Of a stretch of DNA of 64,000 nt, positions 38,701-52,289 are shown in pieces. The notes beneath the pieces are model-generated. The model had not been told where the DNA came from. It made no database searches and saw nothing but the letters and a program-made list of their open reading frames with translations. The DNA is from Octopus vulgaris (Eukaryota), in assembly GCA_951406725.2 (NCBI GenBank), contig OX597820.1:85064001-85128000 (forward strand). Reading direction: 5' to 3'. The position numbers were made by a program, and so were the translations under genes. The stretch's first letter is position 1, and each line of letters starts with the position of its first letter.

Positions 38701-40129
38701 AATATTCGATAAAATTTAACAGTATTAAGAAAAAGTAGAAGCCTAACTTATCTTATTGATGAGTACCCGTTAACTAAGCAAATTAAACATGGATACTTAA
38801 GAAATTATGTCCTCCATTTATATGATTTCCAATGTAGGAGAGATAATTTTTATTAATGAGTACTAGTAGGAAAGAAAATTATATTCCCTATTTAAAATAT
38901 TTCCAGTGTAGGGAAGGTAATTTTAAAAAGACTAAAAATAAGGGGAAAAATAGGAAACAAATATATGAAGGAAAAAATTAATTTATGTGGTTAATTTATT
39001 TAAATAAATAAATAATCAGATAACATTTTACTATATTTATGAAAATTGAAAACATTATTTATCTTATTAATGTCAGATAAATGGAAAAAATTAAACTTAT
39101 AATTTAAAATTTATAATTTAAATTTTGGTATTAACATTAAACTAAACTAAAATTAGACTAAAACCACTTGGTTTTAGTATAATTACTGTCTACGCTAATT
39201 TTTAGTTAATTAACTAAAAACTAGCGTTACAGGAATTCTATTACTTTATATCAATATGTAAATGATAATTTTAGGACTAATAAGCAGAAATATGTACTAC
39301 AACGCTTCAAATTGAAATGTTAACAGTTACACTAAAATTTTGGCGCTGAAAAAAAAATTGTATTGATTAAAAATATGACGTAAATAATTAATAGAGATAA
39401 AATAAACAGAAATATATATTTTAACGATAAAAGTAAGAGATAGACGTGATGTAATATAGCATTTACTGGGTAGTATTTCTAAATTCACATTTATGTAAAT
39501 TCAAAATCCATAGAATAAGCTGAATGTCCCCAAATTGTTATATATTCATGAATATATTTGCTTATTTATAAACCACTTAGTTAACTCATATACTAGTTAC
39601 CTACTCTACCTAATCTACAGCTAATATATACTCGTTATGCAATTACTAATTATGACTATATAATTGGTATTCTAAATTAGGGCTTATATGTATTCAAAAT
39701 TATCTAAACTTACTCTATAAGTAATTCAACTTATATCAATATTTTATTTTTCTACTGTAGACTGCACTTGACATAAGTGCCACACATTGGTACTGGACCA
39801 GGGACTATATAGGTTTGAAGCAAGCGTATTACCACACTGCCAATACTGCGCCTGTATATATAAGTGTTTGTTGTACCAAGAGCAACTCTGCCAGCTGTTT
39901 CGGTTACTAAACCATTGGTGCTTACAGTTTTATTCCGATGCTATATTCTACTATAGACTTTCGACAATTAAAGTAGGTCATGTCTTTAATGCTATATCCA
40001 TACTTCCGTTTCGCATTGAAAGAATTCAATGTGATCAACGTAATGTACAGAAATGTGTCTTGCGTGTGTATGTGTACGTATGTGATTTTGCGGATGTGCT
40101 CGCACGAGTCTGGATGTGTGTGTGTGTGT

Positions 40130-40160
<31 letters not shown>

Positions 40161-40299
40161 CACGCGTGTGAGCATGTGTGCATTTATATGCCGTCATGTA
40201 AGTCTCTTCCTGGCATATCTTCATGATAGAAATATAAAGTCAGTTTCTCACAAATGACACCTATGTATTTTACGTAATCTAATATAGTAAGTACAATGA

Positions 40300-41005
40300 T
40301 CTCGCTTGCTGGGAGTATGTCGTTTAGTCCTGAGAGTATGTCCTAGTTTGTTTTCATTGTCATTAACATATTCAAAGAAATTTTCGCGGATTCTACAGTA
40401 CTAAAACAATGCTTACTATACTAACTACTACTCTTTATTTCAATGACGATGCATTCCTTATGTACCTGAAAAGTTACAGTGCCTCCCGCTACTAACCGGC
40501 TACTTTATGACTATTGCACCAGGCAGTTATATAGATTTAATCTGAAATACTTTGTTACATAAGGTGAAACTTGGTGTGAAAAGAAATAGATGCTTTTAAA
40601 ATACAAATGTCAAATTATTTGCCTTCCAAGCTTCTCTGGAAGAGTCGTATACGTCAATTTTTTTGTGATATGATTGTATTGTGAGATATAACATCATAAA
40701 TACTATGATAGCTTCTGGATAATTCCAAATTATTGGTAGGTTAGGTTTATGGAATACAGAGATTCGGTAGACATTCTTTCTAACTATCGCCTTGCTGGCA
40801 TTGTTCTCCTTATAAACAATATGGGTGTAAACATTCCACCCGGACAAAAATAATGTCACATGACCATCGGATCATTATGCTGCAGCCTTGATCTACAATC
40901 ATTAGTGAATCTTTCGGGACAAATTTTGCAGAGTATTTTCCTTCCATTTCTGAAAGTCTACCAACAGTCATATTGCATACGAGTGTACAGAACTATTTTT
41001 GATTG
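40300..41005 (-). pseudogene. EVE fragment, second L RdRp core (motifs A-B-C)
   Basis: LLVDFQKWK (DFQKW 40958-40944). FGIIQKL (40726-40709) lies ~77 codons downstream, and KANNLTFV (degenerate GDN) ~28 codons further, matching mononegaviral spacing. Confidence 0.7.
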
Positions 41006-41109
41006 AACATTATTTATTGCAGCTCTTGTATATGTGTGTGAGAGAGTGTGAGTGTGTGTTTGTGTGCGTGTGCGTGTGCGTATGGTTGTGTATGCATTTT
41101 GTATATCTA

Positions 41110-41466
41110 AATTTATAGACATGTGTCTGTGCTTTTCCTCCCACCATCACTTGACCACCGATGTTGGTGGGTAAATTTGCAGCTCGGCAAAAGAAACCGA
41201 TGGAATAAGAATTAGGCAATCAAAGAATAAGTCCTGTGTTTGATTTCTTTGACTACATAACCCTTTACGTTGATGGCCGCAGTAAAAATTTACTGAAACA
41301 TGTAAACTAATGAAAGAATATATATTAAGAAGCTTGCTTCCCAACCACGTAGTTCCAGGTTTAGTCCCTATGTATGGCACCTGGTGCAAATTTCGTTTAA
41401 TATAGCTTATGGCCGACCAAAGCCATGTGAGTGGATTTGGTAGACAGAAACTGAAAGTAGCCCGTC

Positions 41467-41520
<54 letters not shown>

Positions 41521-41740
41521 ATATATGGACGTGTATGTCTTTGTTTCTGCGTTTGTCCACCAACCATCACTTAACAACCGATGTTGGGGTGTTTACGTCC
41601 TCTTAACTTAGCTGTTCGTCATGGAAATTGATAAGTACCAGGCTTACAAACAATAAGTACAGGGGTCCATTTCTTGGATTGAAAGGAGATGCTCCGGCAT
41701 GGCCGCAGTCAAACGACTAGGACAGGTAAAATGATAAAAG
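41110..41740 (+). mobile_element. SINE family B: 3' half (41110-41310) plus full copy (41325-41740)
   Basis: ggccgaccaaagccatgtgagtggatttggtagacagaaactgaaagtagcccgtcg, internal TA/TG run, tail gcatggccgcagtc. Confidence 0.8.
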
Positions 41741-42079
41741 TTTATATATGGGTGGCTGTGTGTGTACTCATACATTACTGATCACAATACGCTTCATTGC
41801 TTTATTGTAGCCTTCAAATGATGCCACCCTCTAGTTACGTGGACAGACCAAATTCCCCGTAAACTGAATGCCGGTCTGTGTCTGTGCTACCCGTTTAAAT
41901 TCGGAATAATGTCAACTGAAATATTTTTCAAAACAACACGAAGTATCTCCTGTCTGGGAGTCTAAATCATGAACCTGCGATCGAGAGTTTTACACCCGAA
42001 ATATACGGTTATGTCACTTCAAAACAAATATAAACATATATATATATACATATACATATATATATATATATACATATAC

Positions 42080-42167
<88 letters not shown>

Positions 42168-42169
42168 TG

Positions 42170-42340
42170 ATAGATCGTTAGCCACTACACACAGTTTTTC
42201 TCTCCTTGTTTTTTTTCTGCGTTCCTTTCTGTAGAAGAGTGTAAGCTCGAAACGTAAAAGACTTTTTTCTATTCCTCATCGTTATACTAATAGATCTGTT
42301 TGTTTTGTACACCACCTGTTTTTTTTTCGTAAACTCTCCC

Positions 42341-42342
<2 letters not shown>
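42170..42342 (+). mobile_element. Hammerhead-like mini-element, copy 2
   Basis: ctgtagaagagtgtaagctcgaaacgtaaaagac, between two long (TA)n runs. Confidence 0.75.
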
Positions 42343-42429
<87 letters not shown>

Positions 42430-42484
42430 CTCACACATAACGTGATAGTTAGGGACGGAGTGAACCTGCTAGAGACAGACAGAC

Positions 42485-42720
42485 AGGGTAAATTTGGCGA
42501 GTTAAGATCTCTAACAGTCCGAGATATGACTAGGCTGCTACAGTATGATAGATAATTATACGGGCATACATTAAAGTGCTGCATGCAATTACTATTTCCA
42601 GAACTTGAAGCGACAATATCAAGTGACTCTTTTAAATAAATATGCTACCATGGGAGTCAGTGGTTAAGAAAATATTTACAAGTCGATCATGTACTCGATA
42701 TTATCTACTGATATATCTGT
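42485..42720 (+). pseudogene. Possible EVE fragment (GHP-like region)
   Basis: MTRLLQYDR*LYGHTLK in a ~75-codon frame. Confidence 0.3.
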
Positions 42721-42739
42721 CGAATATGTGAAATGTTAC

Positions 42740-43015
42740 CTAATTTGCAAACCAATTATATATTCACTTTTTCATTTGAAATTCATATTTCTTTTACTTC
42801 TAACTTGGGTAGGAAATAAGAATACTGAATGACATACTGCCCAATATAATCGACCATACTTTCCTACAATTCTCATATCAAGATTTGTGACTATTGCTGA
42901 AATCACTTGCCAAGAGAAATAAACGCTCTTCGATATTTAATTATGTATCTTCGAAGTCTGATCTAGGAACTGGAATTTCAGTCCTTTTTCTACAAATATA
43001 TATTATTAAGCGGCG
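42740..43015 (-). pseudogene. Possible EVE fragment, L motif A
   Basis: LFLLASDFSNSHKS*YENCRKV (DFS at 42904-42896; tga in place of cga would give RYE). Confidence 0.45.
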
Positions 43016-44059
43016 TCAATAATCTCAGTCGTGCTATATATACTGCAACGCAGTATATACATATATAGGAATATATGAGTGTATGTTTCTATGTCTATAT
43101 GCTTATTCAATAAATTATTATTAAATATTCACTGTGGATAACATGTGACATGTGAATGGCACCAGTTCATATCGCCGGCAACTAAACGTCAAGTTTCCAG
43201 AAAAACTGTCACACGAATATTCATACAAATAATTCTGACATCCAACACTTTGATGTTAGCCAAAATTTTGAGAAACGATATATTGTCTTCAATCTACATA
43301 TTTAATGAGGGTTGTTCAATGATCGTTGTTTGCTACACACATCTCTCTGATTGAGTGAGCTAGAAATAGAGGGAGAGATATATCTTTTTTTCCCAGGCAG
43401 GCGAGTGTATCACGCATAATATTTTCGCTGATTTAAACAGCACCACATACAGTGACGTCAGCTTGTCAACTAGTCATGGCGTTTTACAAAGAAATTTCAA
43501 CATCGATGTACGACTTCTCACTAATCTCACCTTTAAGACTTAAATACAAGACATATTAGACAATGTAATTCCTGATATGCAAGAACGACTGGATGGTCAC
43601 TACTTCAGTAGAGAGCATAGACTTGTTTAATCAAAGCTGATCAGGAGCTAAACAAGAACAACAACCGAGTTTATTTCTAGTAAAGTGATGTTCTGGATAA
43701 AGTGGAGAACTCTCAGTAGAAGGGAGGTTTAGAGTTTATCAAGCTTTCATGTGAGATAGGAATATGCTTGAAAGCATGTCATATGAAAGATCTTGTCTGT
43801 GTGTATTGGTGTGCGAGTAAGTGTGTGAGTATGTTAGTGTGACTGCATGTGTCTACTCACGTGTATGTGAGATCGAGCGTGTATGTATGGAGAATCTTCT
43901 CTTGATCTGCACATTCCATCATGGAATCGGGAAGGTGACATCGTGACATCCGATGTGTGTTAGCTAGGCCTGGACCTAGCGAAACTTGATCCTTCTCCCG
44001 GTTGGCACATATAGATTTCTTTTTATTTTGCAGAAAGACAAAGGAAAACAAGTAAATGA

Positions 44060-44185
44060 TAAATTGACACTTAGTAATGTATTTGTACTTTATTTATCGA
44101 TCTTGAAATCAGTAAAGGCTAAGTTGAACTTAGAAAACAAGGACAATTTCCATAAGCACAACATCCGACGCTCTAACAATTCTGA
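44060..44185 (-). mobile_element. SINE family A, highly degraded
   Basis: gtactttatttatcga...aaaggc...ccgacgctctaacaattctg. Confidence 0.55.
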
Positions 44186-45189
44186 GGGTGGTGCCCTAAC
44201 TAACGTACTTAATACCTTGTAGGAATGAATCTAGAGCCTCATGAATAGAAAACGATATGTGTATGCACGTATGTGTGTGTGTGTGCGTTGACAGACACGG
44301 CATTCTGTAATATGTTGCTGTACTTGTGCATAACCATGTGTATGATGAAGTGAGTCTAACATTAGTAGCCCTAATATAAGGCTGGATGTAAATAAAATGT
44401 TAGAAGATATATTTGTACTTAGACTAAGAAAAACAAGGCGCGTTTATACATTTTTATGGGTAAAGAACCGACTACATAGGAAAAGAGTTGCTTTCCTCTT
44501 CATGTTATAAATATGAGTTGTATACGTTGATTCCACACGAAGGAAGATGAATTGGGGGATGTCTTCAAAAAGTGAAATATACGATTATAGTTTTGCTGTT
44601 AAATTAGGCGTTGCTTGGGATGCCATGTAAACTGTCCTCGCTGAGATAACCATGATGATTTCTGACTTTATACATTATATTGCTTAAAACAGATAATACA
44701 ATACTGCATGGGGGTGTAAAAACGGTAGAACTGCGAAAAAAATGTTCGGCGACATATAATTGGATGAAATTCCCAATTTATTTGTCTGCTAGCTTACAAG
44801 AGGACAATTGTAGCATTCACAACACGTTCATTTACAATTCTGGAGTTGGGTATTACATAGAGTTGAGATGTCATTTGAAATGTTGTTATAAACTGTACTG
44901 ATTTCCTTAAATGTGTCCCATGGCATAAAAAAACGACTCTTTGTCTGCATCCTTGAGTCGAGTGAGAGGATTTTGTATAGCGAAATAGGATAGTCACGTG
45001 CACGGAAGGAAAATTGCATTTCATTAGAGTTTTATTTCATCGTCTTCAGAGATAAAGGAATTTATAGTATATAGCAACTTTATATAGAGTCGGGCGAGAA
45101 AGGATAAATTCAATTCAGAAGTGTGAATATGTACGTGTATAATGTACGGCAGTTGAGATGTGAGGGTTTATGATAATGATATAAATATT

Positions 45190-45410
45190 GGTTTCAAATT
45201 TTGGCGCAAGACCAGCATGTTTGGGGGAGGAGGCAAACAACTGATGTCGAATAAAACTACACCAGTGTTCAACTAGTAATTTTTTATTGATCTCAAAACG
45301 ATGAAAGGAGAATCAATCCCGGTGGAATTTAAACTCAATAATTCTAAAGGGAACAAATGTCCCTAAGAACTTTGCCCGGCATGTTAACGAGTCTTACACC
45401 TCACTGCCTT
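45190..45410 (-). mobile_element. SINE family A, degraded
   Basis: ccagtgttcaacta...gatgaaagg...cggtggaatttaaactca...cccggcatgttaacga. Confidence 0.7.
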
Positions 45411-45414
45411 CGTA

Positions 45415-45680
45415 AGAGCGGTCGAATAATAATACGAATGTTGAGGATATGCGATCCTTGACTATATATGCCTCCTGAGTTCAAAAACCTCTCGTTTCAC
45501 AACTTAAAATTTCTCCTTTTGCTCACTATATGATGAATAGCTGTTGATTTCCCCAGCTCACTGAAAGTGATATGGACCAATGTACTGGTAAAGTGAAATT
45601 TGACATAATCAATAGCGCCCTAGACAGAATCCCTAACGCATTCCATTTACTTCTCATCCGAGATATTTGAACTGAGAAAT
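45415..45680 (-). pseudogene. Possible EVE fragment, L motif A-B
   Basis: GAIDYVKFHF...FSELGK (45613-45596), then LNSGGIYSQ. Confidence 0.4.
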
Positions 45681-45899
45681 TAACTTAAGTTGTATACGCA
45701 CTCAATGACAAACATGCGCGTTTATAAACGCATGCAAGTCACCACATCCCGTTTTTTATGTATAATTTTAATACGAATTTCTGTGGCTTCTGTACAAATG
45801 TTTAAGTCTAGAATCTGATGTTTCACAAACAAGCCTAAAACTTATTTGCGAGATATATATTTCTTATTGAAATAGTTACCCGAATAGTAGGGAAAATTT

Positions 45900-46760
45900 A
45901 GCAATATTACAGACATCCTGTAGATTATTGTCGAATATACATTGAAAAGCGATGTACAAATGATAAATACAATGTGGCAATCGTTCACATCACACGAAAT
46001 ACACACGAAGCTTTCCTATGACATTAAGAGGTAGATAAATCACTGTTGCTCATTATATCGCACATAAACGGAAGATGTATAGGAATAATGACGACAGGTT
46101 TGTGAATCATATATTTTAGACAAGTGGGTAGTTTATAATTTACATCTTAGACACAGTATGTCGAGAAAACTATTTAAAATTCAAATCTTATTTAATATCA
46201 TTAGACCAGTTTATAATTAAATGCATTTAAAATCAGTGGTAGAGCATGTGACTAAATGAAGTGGTATTGTGTTAAGTTCTTCAAGTTTCTAAGTACAGTT
46301 AACAACAATAACGTTTATCTCGCGGGTTCAAACAGTACTGTGTTCGTCTCATTAGGAACTTAAATTGATCCACTATACTCACAAATTGCATGTGAATGGA
46401 ATTGTGCCAATATAAATTATTGTTGAAGCTACTTTTTGTCAATTACGTTTTATCACTATCATACTTTTGCATGCAATCAGAAAAAAGACTATAACCGCTT
46501 GAATGCTATGCATTATGCATAAAACATTGGCGCGACATGCCTTTGTCAGCGACGTATTACCCATTCACTAAGAGAAATATATAATATTATAGATATTCCA
46601 TCTATTATTGTCGAGTATACGTTAAAGAACCGCGCGCGCGTATGTGTGTGACGAACACAACAGGTAAACGGTTATACTTCATGAAAGATACACGAAGCTT
46701 TCTTTAACCCGTTAGGAATTGTAATGCAAGTAATCTAAGAAGATAATCACTGTTGCCCTA
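45900..46760 (+). repeat. Diverged ~150 bp direct repeat (45900-46050 / 46585-46760) of coding-like sequence
   Basis: attattgtcga.tatac.tt.aa, acacgaagctttc and agataa(a)tcactgttgc are shared. Both copies translate to NI.DI..IIVEYTLK. Confidence 0.65.
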
Positions 46761-48011
46761 AGTGACTAAAATGATAGTTAATCAATAATGTATTTGCAGT
46801 TCTAAATGTAGTAGAGCTGCCAATAGCCGAAATGTGCCAACATTGTTAAGATCTCATTTGGGAGCCGAAAGGTGTTGAGTATTGGATTATAAATACTGAA
46901 TGACGTTCTACGTTCATAAAATGACAGACAAACAATTCATAATGAAGGCTATTTCAGATATAAATTGTGACTAATGTGTGAGAAAAGTTTTTAAATAAAT
47001 AGGGTATAATGAATATCTTGCGCGGCCAGCGCTGTGGAGTAGCAGATAAGTGTTGGTTGAAGGTAATGACGCATCCGGTTTTCATTCACCATGGTTTATA
47101 TCGATTTACACTTCAATTAGATTTATAACGAATTTCAGGCAAAATATAACTATATTGATGGATAAGGTTATTACACATTGATCGAACCCATAAATATGGT
47201 GCCAGTTGGATACATAATATATTTCACTATAAAATAATTTGACTTTAAATGCAGAGAAAAAATATAAAATGTAATATACGAGACGAACATTTATAATTGC
47301 AGAAACAATATATGGATCAATGAAGTGAAATAATGAAAATTAGATAACTATTAATTCAAAATGAATTGAAAGATATACATTATCGTGGCTCTGTTGGCAT
47401 CTATTGATTAGGATAAATTAAACATGTGAAAACGTTACTGGACAACAGCTGCGCTCAAAATCATTAGACACGATTAGTTTTTCTTTTCCTACTATAATGC
47501 TTAACATTTCTTTCAGGTCACTTCCTGATCTGGTACACCTGTAATTACATCAAGTTTGTTAGATTTTAGATATATATATAATCAATCACTTCCCTAGTTA
47601 TTAACTCAGATTTATACAGGTTTAGCCATGCACGGTACTGGAAAACAATACATGACGAATATTTAATGTTTAACGGTTGCTGCCTAAACTATTGCTCTCT
47701 TAATCCAACACATGTCACGACCTCGCTATTAATCCACCGCACTTTCATATATCTGAACAAGATTATGAGCACTTTGTCTCGAATTTCTAAAGTCATGTGT
47801 AGGCAATAAATTGAATGATGTCATTACAAGGCTTCCATTCCAGTGATAACTTTACCAATTATGCAAGTGACGAATATGCTTACATAAGACTCTATGTGTA
47901 TTACTATAAGAGCTTGCCAAATATTTGAGACGCACTGTCCAAGAATAAATTGAGTTAAACATTTATATAACGGAGAAGGACTGACAAGTTGTAGCATTAA
48001 TCCCTTATAGA

Positions 48012-48450
48012 TGCAGGCATGGCTGCTTCCCAAACACATAGTTTCAGGTTCAGTCCCACTGCATGGCTCCTTGGCTATAGCATCAGATCGACCAAATTCA
48101 TGTGAGTGGATTTAGTTGAGGAAAAATGACAGAAACATGTCGCATATGTGTGTGTGTTTCTGTTTCTCTGTGTGTGTATTCCTCTACCTGTGTGTGCACG
48201 TGTGTGTGTGAGTGTGTATGTATGTATGTATGTGTGTGTGTGTGTGTGAGAGAGAGAGTGTGTGTGTGTACGTCTGTGCGTATCCACCGTTTAATAATCG
48301 GTTTGGTTTCTTTACGTCTCCGTAACTAGCGATTCGGCAAATGATAGTGATAAAGTAAACACCAGGCATAAAAAAATAACTTCGATTAAACAGTTCAAGG
48401 CGCTGCCGAATCATGGATGAAGTACGCTGACTAAAACAAGTAAGACAACG
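48012..48450 (+). mobile_element. SINE family B copy
   Basis: gcaggcatggctg...ggttcagtcccactgcatggc...gtgagtggattt. Confidence 0.8.
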
Positions 48451-48589
48451 TTAAAAGAAAAATTACCGACAATTATAAGTATCATATTTAATAAGAAATA
48501 ACGGAATGGTTCCAGTCGATCATCTAGAAGTGACAATAGAGTTATATCTCGAGTAATAACATATATGTAATTATGAGAAAGAATAATAT

Positions 48590-48759
48590 TCGTAGCAGGT
48601 GATCTAGTAGAATGATTCCAATCACATGGTTCCGGTTCAGTTTCACTACGTGGCACCTTGGGTTAGTATCTTCTACTATAGCCTCCGGCCGACCAAGGCC
48701 TTCTGAGTGGATTTAGTAGACAGAAACTGAAAGAAGCCCGTCGTATATATATATGTATG

Positions 48760-48809
<50 letters not shown>

Positions 48810-49060
48810 TAAATATATATATATGTATGTATGTATGTATGTATATGTGTATACGTTTGTGTGTCTGTATTTAGTCCCCCCAACATAGCTTGACAACCGA
48901 TGGTGGTGTGTTTACGTCCCCGTAACTTAGCGGCTCAGCAAAAGAGACCGAGAGAATAAGTACTAGGCTTACAAAGAATAAGTCCTGGGTCTGTTTGCTC
49001 GTCTAATGGCGGTGTTCCAGTATGGAGACAGTCACATGACTGAAAGAAGTAAAAGAGAAA
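48590..49060 (+). mobile_element. SINE family B (octopus OR-like CORE-SINE), well preserved
   Basis: B-box-like ggttcagtttcac, CORE-like gtggcaccttgggttagtatcttctactatagcc, internal (TA)n, conserved tail. Confidence 0.85.
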
Positions 49061-49460
49061 TGCCAATAATTTCAGTAGGTGACTTGGTGAGATGTTGGCT
49101 TCATTTTTGTTTTGAACTGGAGAAGAGAAAGAAAGGAGCGCTGAAGAAATATGGCTGGGTGAAAAAAGAGGCAATAACGGATTGTTGGGGGCTGTGTTAT
49201 GGTGAATGTAGTTAATATCTGGCGTGTCAATGTGGAAATTGCGAATACATTGAACGAGGTGAAAAGAAAAGAGTATTCCAAGTTATGTTGAGTGGCAAAA
49301 GATGCACAGAAGGACACACTGGGCAACAGTACGAAGAATCATATATGCATATATAACTTCATATACAAAATATTGAGAATCTTCAATGAACGCTGAATTT
49401 ATCCAGCAGTTTTAGGAATATGCACACAGAGAAATGCGTACGTAAACACAGTCATACATG

Positions 49461-49539
<79 letters not shown>

Positions 49540-50094
49540 TATCTATATTTACACATAATATACATACAGACACATGGTGGCTGCCCTTTCGTTATCGAGT
49601 ATGGCCATTGCACGAAGCTTAATCAATGTTGTTATCGTGCAATGTCTGTGCATGAAGATCTTTTTTAAAGTGAGGAAAGGCTGTGCACTGAGTCAATCCC
49701 ACTAACTAAGCAACAGCAGCCATAATCTGTCAACATCATCGGTAACTACTGAGCCGCAGGTTTTATGTCTGAGTTATCCCAGTCACCTGAGTTACCTTCT
49801 CCTAGAGGGATGCCCTAACAAATGTCCTTCACTCCCAATGGTTTAACCGCACGATCGGGTATTTACTCCGATTTTTTCTATTTCCCCGCGCATGATACAT
49901 CCTTAAGACATTTATTGGATGGCCGTTGACTCTCAAGAGTTCCTCCGCCCTTTGATGGGTTTTATTTGTCATCCCGCAGGGTGTCCAATAAATACCCTCC
50001 TCACCAAGCAGGTTGTACTGGGTTACATGTTACCAGTAGCACTCGAAAGTGACCTGACACATATATTCATACACACACATACATTCATGCATAC

Positions 50095-50134
<40 letters not shown>

Positions 50135-50742
50135 CATGCATGCACACATACATAATACATGGATACATTCATAAACACGCCCATGATTATACTGACTATG
50201 ACTGTCGATTACATTAATGGCACACCCCAACGTCCTCATTACATTGTTGGCGATGAAATATTCAAAAACTCCGGAGACATAAAGACAGACGCGAAGCAAC
50301 AAATGAGCATCTGGGATTCGAATTAAAGCAGTACTGCCTATGCAATCATAGACTTATGGACGATTGCGGAAGGTCTAGCTCCTATCAATTGAATCAAAAG
50401 CCATACCAGCAACCAAACTAGGTCGCAGTGCATAGTATCAAAGTTCCCGTTTCCTCACATAGAAGGTTCAGTACTGTGAAAGTTAAGGTCTCATTACTAA
50501 ATGTCAATGTACGCATTCTCCCTCAGAAATCTACGTGGGATAAATGTAATGATTTCAAATAACATTTGGAACTTTTTTATTTGAGATACCGGATTAATCC
50601 ACATCGCAGCAGGGGACACAAAGAAAACAACTCTACTCAACTCGCTACTTCAGTAGAAACAGCACAAAAAAAGGAAGCTAATAACACTAAAACTGGTGTC
50701 CCAGCATGGCTTCAGTAATATATTATATATGTATATGTATAG

Positions 50743-50811
<69 letters not shown>

Positions 50812-50813
<2 letters not shown>

Positions 50814-51987
50814 TGTCCCATTTTAAGGGTCATTGTGACTGCACCATTATTCTGCATAGTGCCAGCGGATAAAATATGAGGTATACAAAGTTCGTACTCA
50901 CAGACCTTATGAAAATGATAACAACCAAACTATGTTCAGTGATTTTCTCGTATGAGTACAAATTGAGTCACTCTGCCGCCGGAGCTGTACGGAATATGAA
51001 ACGAGAGTTTGGTGATAGATTGGTTGACATCAGAACTGGTCATAGATGGTTCCAAAGCTCTCGTTCGGTAGATGATAACATTGACAATTAACCTTGGGTT
51101 ATGCCAAAACCAGTTATTCGGCATGATCGATTAAATGCTTTGGTTGAACAAAATCCGAGAACAACGGTTTCAAAACTTTCATCAGAACTCCAAACATATC
51201 GCACAACTGTTTTTGGACACCAGTAAAAGTTTGGAGAAGTCAAGAAAAGGGATAGGTTTGGGTTACATCAAGTGAACGAGATTCAAAAAAGCAAACGCCT
51301 CTAAATGTGTTCCTTATTGTTTTCTCAACTGGAAAAAGACCGTTTTTGCATCAAATCATTAATTATGATGAGAAATGGATATTCTCTGACAACAGCAGAA
51401 CAGTACAGTGATTAGATGCAGAGGAGTCACTTAAACACTGCCCAAACCTACCATTGCCCCCTAAAAGTTCACTGTATGGTGGTCTGCGAAGGGTGTTATT
51501 CATTATTCATTTTTGCAAGAAGGTAAAACGGTAACAGCAACACCGTATTGCCAGGGAATTGATTGTATGCATGAGAATTTGGAAAAGAAGCAACTCAGAC
51601 TAGTGAATAGAGACGCATGACAAAGCACGTCTTCACACTCCTCAAGCTACGGTCCAAATGTTACAAAGCCTGAAATATGAGATTTGTCACATCCCCTCTA
51701 TTCCCCTGATATCTCTCTTACTGTTCATCACTTATTTAAGTATTTGGAGCTTTTCTTATGCAATAAAACATTTTTAAATAGAGAAGGGGTAACTGAAGCA
51801 TTCGGAGAGTTTATCACAGCAAAATATTATTCTTTCTAAGATGGAATATATGACATAGAGAAATATTGCATAAGCGTCATAAATGAACATAGATCATACT
51901 TTGATTAAATAAATCAGTTCTCTATCATATCTGAAACATTTTATTGTTACCTTTCGAATACGAGATTACATGTAAAACAACCTGATA
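50812..51987 (+). mobile_element. Decayed mariner transposon
   Basis: YEYKLSHSAAGAVRNM..RTGHRWF, IINYDEKWI, WWSAKGVIHY and P.YSPDISLTVHHLFKYLE. Right TIR-like gattacatgtaaaacaacctgata. Confidence 0.85.
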
Positions 51988-52289
51988 TTTTGCTAGTGTT
52001 GTTTCAAGTTAAAAGGTGCCAGTTTAATACGTGTTTGATAAATCTCACGTGGATCTAAATTATGTTAGTACATTATGGTGCAAGTTCATAATTTATATTT
52101 AATGATTTTATTACTAGCACAATGTAACATGGTTGACAACATTTGTTAATCGTAAATCAAGAACAACCTTCCAAAATATAGTTTCGAATATATTTTTAAT
52201 GTATATAAATACAAGTTATACTATAAAAAAATAATAAAATACCTATACAGATAATTTTTAACAGGAAATATTATGACTAGATGATCATT

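Noticed and set aside
38700-39770. Mitochondrial insertion (numt)
   Set aside because: No recognisable mitochondrial rRNA, tRNA or protein motif.
49575-50060. Possible RTE-type 5' UTR/SINE on the - strand
   Set aside because: Only a vague resemblance and a single copy in the window, so it cannot be supported.
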